Below the pieces are notes generated by a model. That model was given only the letters and a program-made list of their open reading frames with translations. It ran no database searches and had not been told where the DNA came from. Shown here piece by piece: positions 52,750-56,351 of a stretch of 56,351 nucleotides of DNA (position 1 is its first letter; each line of letters begins with the position of its first letter). A program made the position numbers and the translations under genes. Source of the DNA: a virus (Duplodnaviria > Caudoviricetes); IMG/VR virus record IMGVR_UViG_3300044568_000721, positions 1 to 56,351 of that record; one strand, given 5' to 3'.

Positions 52750-55566
52750 ATGTGGCCTAAGCTAAGTAACATTGAAGATAATATTTATATAAATTTAACA
52801 TCTGAGGTATCCAGCAGTAAAGTAGGATTTAATGCAAGTAAAAGAATGGCTTGGATTAGAGTTTTTTCTGGAGCAAGGGTGCTTGAATATGATAGTAGTA
52901 AAGATACTATTGTTAAAGATAAAGATGGAAAGGAGACAACAAAAAAAGGAACTAGAGCTAGAAATGGTCTTATATTATCATCTGTAAACCAATCCGATGT
53001 TTTTAAAGGTACTACTGAATTTACAAGTACATATGGTGATAGTGTTAGTAGTGGTGATATGGGTCTTAGTTGGGACGGTAACCCAATATCATCTGGAATA
53101 GGTGCACCATTAAGACCATCTCCAATTATAACTGCATTGGAAATAAAAGAAGGTAAAGACCAAATATCAAGAGAATGTACATTAACTATGAAAGCATTTT
53201 CATTAGCTCAAATAGAGTTAATGCAGACTTATTTTTTGGAACCTGGATATTCTTTATGCATTGAATATGGTTGGAATAGTGTAAACGGTATAAAAAGTGC
53301 AATTAATACAAATGTTAAAGAAAATAAAGCACAACATATATTATCTCAAGCTGTAAATATAAATTTAGATTATAACAAATTACATTCAATACGTGTAAAT
53401 TCTGCTGGAGACTATGATTCTTTTTTGGGATTTATAGTTGGTGGTACGGTATCATCTGATGGAGATAAATGGACAGTATCTGTTAAACTTAGAGGAGCTC
53501 CCGGATTACCAACATTTTTACAAACTCAAAATAAATCATTACAAATTGATGGTAATGGTGATATAGTTGATAAACCCGGAGAACCTAAACCTTATGGGGT
53601 ATCCGAAACAGAAGAAGCAGGTAGTGGTGAAATTCGTAGAGATAGAAGATTCAAAAATATGTTTAATCAGTTACCATCTCAAAGGCAAACTGACCAAGTA
53701 CGAAAATTAATGCCCACAACTGATTGGGATTCTTATTTAAATTTAGATGCTGCTGTTAATAAAAGTATTACAACATATGCAAACCCTGGATTTATCGCTA
53801 AAATTTTCGGTAACTCCAGTGAAATAAAAGTTGGAAAATCTACAATTGAAAAGGAAAAATTATTTTCAAAAAATAAATATATACGATTTGATTTGGCTGT
53901 AAAAATATTAAATTCAAATAGTGAATTTACTGCTTACACAATGGGTAGTAAAAAACTTAGTGTTGAATTTGATATTAGCAAAGCAAAAATTGGAGCATTT
54001 CCAAATATGTTTTCAACTAAGGCATCTAAATTGGTAATACCGGGGTTTATGCCTGATTTCTCTGTTTATTTTTTAAATGAGGGGCAAGTAGACCAATTAA
54101 AAGGTGGTATATTTAGAAGCGGTGGTAACGAGTATGGAATAGTACGAAATGCAATTCCTGGTCAACCAATACAATTTGTTGAACAAACTGATTTAAATGA
54201 AGATGGGTATGTTGAAAAGGCGGGATATTGGGGATATTTAAAAAACTTATATATAAATTTTGATTTATTTGTTGAAAAATTAACACAAAAAAATAAAAAC
54301 ATAAGAGAGGTTTTTGTTGATATGTTGAATGAGATGTCATCTGCAGTAAATTCATTTTGGAATTTTCAAATAGTTGAAGAAACAGTAAACACTGGTAAGG
54401 TTGAAGAAGGAAAACCAACGCCAAGTAAAATTATAATAACTGTAATAGATGAAAACTGGGTTGGTAGTAATCCCAATACTAACACAAAGGTATTTTATCA
54501 CAGTGGGCCCAAATCTGTATTTTTAGATGCCAATCTTGATATATCAGTACCATCTGAAATGACAAATCAAATTATTAGTAGAAGATTAGCATTAGCAAAT
54601 AATCCGGATGAACCAATTGTAGGCGTAGGTGGATTTTTTAATTCACAAACTGATTTATTTTTAGATAGTGTTACTGATTCAAATGGTAATAAAAGAAAAA
54701 AATTAACTCAAGCTGAAAAGGATGCTCAAGATTTAGCACAAAAAGAACAACAAAAAGAAACAGAGAAAAAGCCACATGAAAAGATACAAGAAGATATTGT
54801 AAAAAACGAAGGAGCACTAGAAAAAGCAAGAAACGATAAAAAAGATTTGCAGGCAGAAATTGATAAAATAAAAGCTGATTATGCAAAAAAAGGAGCTAGG
54901 GGTCTTGATGTTGAATTTATACAAGAAGCTGCTGATACAGTAGCTAATGTATTTAGAAGTGATAAAGCTATAAAAGAAGCTGCAGATAAAGAAGCTGCTA
55001 AAGATGTTCAAGAAGATTTACGTGATAAAGATATAGCAAAAATTAGAGCTAAAATTGAGACATTGGATAAAAGTATATCGGATATCAAAAAAGAAATTGA
55101 AAAGAAAGAAGAAGAAGTAAAAGAGCAAAAGAAAAAAGATGAAGCGGATGATGAGCAAAATAAAAAAACAGCTCTTTCAAATAATTTAGCTAAAATAGAT
55201 GTATTACCACTTCCAGATTGGGCATCAATGAATCCTGATAAAATTACTGCTTTAGAAAACCCAGAAGCTTTAAAGAAATTATTTGTTATATATTGCTTAA
55301 ACGATGAACCATTTTTTGATAGAATGAAAAATGATGCATTTACTGCTAAGAAGGCTAATGGAACATTATCGCATCCATTACCAATAAAATATAATTTTAA
55401 AGTATTGGGAACAAGTGGTATTCGTAGAGGAGATACGTTTAATATAAACGGAATTCCAGCTAAGTATGCTAAGCATGGTTTATTTCAAGTTACACAAATA
55501 GAGCAAAGTTTGGAAGGTATGATGTGGACAACAAATGTGACTGGAGAATATAGACAAAAACAATAA
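52750..55566 (+). CDS. Probable baseplate hub protein with a long charged coiled-coil insertion
   Basis: 938 aa; YFLEPGYSLCIEYGW near the N-terminus; C-terminal GTSGIRRGDTFNI..IP..Y...FQVT.IEQ.....WTT. Confidence 0.55.
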   Translation: MWPKLSNIEDNIYINLTSEVSSSKVGFNASKRMAWIRVFSGARVLEYDSSKDTIVKDKDGKETTKKGTRARNGLILSSVNQSDVFKGTTEFTSTYGDSVSSGDMGLSWDGNPISSGIGAPLRPSPIITALEIKEGKDQISRECTLTMKAFSLAQIELMQTYFLEPGYSLCIEYGWNSVNGIKSAINTNVKENKAQHILSQAVNINLDYNKLHSIRVNSAGDYDSFLGFIVGGTVSSDGDKWTVSVKLRGAPGLPTFLQTQNKSLQIDGNGDIVDKPGEPKPYGVSETEEAGSGEIRRDRRFKNMFNQLPSQRQTDQVRKLMPTTDWDSYLNLDAAVNKSITTYANPGFIAKIFGNSSEIKVGKSTIEKEKLFSKNKYIRFDLAVKILNSNSEFTAYTMGSKKLSVEFDISKAKIGAFPNMFSTKASKLVIPGFMPDFSVYFLNEGQVDQLKGGIFRSGGNEYGIVRNAIPGQPIQFVEQTDLNEDGYVEKAGYWGYLKNLYINFDLFVEKLTQKNKNIREVFVDMLNEMSSAVNSFWNFQIVEETVNTGKVEEGKPTPSKIIITVIDENWVGSNPNTNTKVFYHSGPKSVFLDANLDISVPSEMTNQIISRRLALANNPDEPIVGVGGFFNSQTDLFLDSVTDSNGNKRKKLTQAEKDAQDLAQKEQQKETEKKPHEKIQEDIVKNEGALEKARNDKKDLQAEIDKIKADYAKKGARGLDVEFIQEAADTVANVFRSDKAIKEAADKEAAKDVQEDLRDKDIAKIRAKIETLDKSISDIKKEIEKKEEEVKEQKKKDEADDEQNKKTALSNNLAKIDVLPLPDWASMNPDKITALENPEALKKLFVIYCLNDEPFFDRMKNDAFTAKKANGTLSHPLPIKYNFKVLGTSGIRRGDTFNINGIPAKYAKHGLFQVTQIEQSLEGMMWTTNVTGEYRQKQ

Positions 55567-55567
55567 A

Positions 55568-55927
55568 ATGTCAGTAAACAAATACAGATACGAAAAGATT
55601 AATAATAATTTATCGGAATATGAACTTCCGGAAATAATCACTCACGTACCATCTCCATTAGTAGATGATTATAACAGAGGATTTATAAAAAGATACTTTA
55701 TTCAAAAAGCAAATGATGCTACTGGATACATATATGAAATTGATTCATTATCATTTTTAAATTTTAAAATAAGTCCATTTTTTAATGTTGTAATTATACG
55801 TTGGAGAATAAGTGGAAGCGTAGATGAAATAAAAGAATCTAATTTCAATTCAATAAAAATAGGAATGAAGACTATTTCATCCTTACATTTATATTTACCA
55901 AACTATTTACAATTTTCTAAACAATAA
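55568..55927 (+). CDS. Hypothetical baseplate-region protein
   Basis: 119 aa; P...DYNRGFIKRYFIQK.N...IYEI. Confidence 0.55.
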   Translation: MSVNKYRYEKINNNLSEYELPEIITHVPSPLVDDYNRGFIKRYFIQKANDATGYIYEIDSLSFLNFKISPFFNVVIIRWRISGSVDEIKESNFNSIKIGMKTISSLHLYLPNYLQFSKQ

Positions 55928-55959
55928 TTTGGTAATCTAAATTATTATTCGTATATTTA
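55928..55959 (+). promoter_or_regulatory. Bacteroidota-type housekeeping promoter for the tmRNA
   Basis: TTTG (55928-31), 20-nt spacer, TATATTTA (55952-59); one mismatch to the -33 TTTG / -7 TAnnTTTG consensus; 10 nt before the RNA 5' end. Confidence 0.55.
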
Positions 55960-55969
55960 CATATTATAT

Positions 55970-56351
55970 GGGGATGCCATGGACTTGATTGCAATGAGAA
56001 TGGTAGTACCACACGTAGACAGAAGTGCTAGATGTCTTTAAATCTGTACAAAACAATAACTGACGAAATGTCAACTATGACCTTCGAAGACCTTATGGCT
56101 TTCGTAGGTGCTGATTACGCTGTAGCAGCCTAGTCACAACAATCGGGTCGGTGCACATACAACCTAGGAACAGAAGTGTTTACAAAGGCTTTATTCGTTG
56201 AGCCCGAATCAACGAATTGGTGGAAAAGCTGTACTAACCATACGGCCCCAATTATTTTGGAAAGTGAATAAGATTAAACTTTACCTAAACGTGTGATATG
56301 CTGGTATTATGATTACTTTGTAAGACAGGGGTTCGATTCCCCTCATCTCCA
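55970..56351 (+). ncRNA. ssrA: tmRNA (transfer-messenger RNA)
   Basis: 5' GGGGATG pairs with 3' CATCTCC-A, with the G3:U alanine determinant. T-arm AGGGG-TTCGATT-CCCCT. Internal tag ORF 56062-56133 ends YAVAA*. Length 382 nt; the window ends at the discriminator base. Confidence 0.93.

Noticed and set aside
43907-55566. Bacterial contractile injection system or tailocin rather than a phage
   Set aside because: Head-tail neck genes, giant fibres and a tmRNA fit a large phage genome better, and no host housekeeping protein genes are present.
144-55927. Stop-codon reassignment (TAG or TGA read-through), as seen in some large phages
   Set aside because: Very long ORFs are intact under code 11. 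TAG and TGA occur at sensible gene ends (524, 5032, 7788, 8150) and the next gene starts in another frame.
56300-56351. Standalone tRNA or prophage attachment site at the window end
   Set aside because: The T-arm and acceptor strand belong to the tmRNA and pair with 55970-55976. No integrase or duplicated att core is visible.

Overview
The window is the virion-morphogenesis region of a large, AT-rich, contractile-tailed (T4-superfamily-like) phage. A Bacteroidota host is likely: ribosome-binding regions are mostly A-rich and SD-poor, and a TTTG-N20-TATATTTA promoter precedes the tmRNA. All credible genes are on the + strand. In order: small virion and fibre proteins, neck gp13/gp14/gp15-like genes, three giant appendage proteins (4606, 3369 and 2455 aa) with connectors and chaperones, tail sheath, tail tube, a tail-assembly-chaperone pair, tape measure, baseplate genes, and a phage tmRNA at the right end. 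The best candidate for a new system is the 4606-aa protein. It has 22 repeats whose invariant C-x-R-D-x-G-Y...GG helix aligns without gaps to the bilin-attachment helix of phycocyanin. It also has 22 separately arrayed helices, ordered like balanced parentheses, which implies a branched fold. The neighbouring 3369-aa fibre has two intact type-1 (blue) copper sites. Other observations: a pervasive [ST]-[GAS]-S motif concentrated in predicted surface proteins, Gly-Thr-Ser triplet tracts of up to about 1000 aa, a candidate +1 frameshift in the chaperone locus, a TATTTATA intergenic motif, and a long tmRNA tag. All family assignments come from motif recognition by eye; no searches were run.
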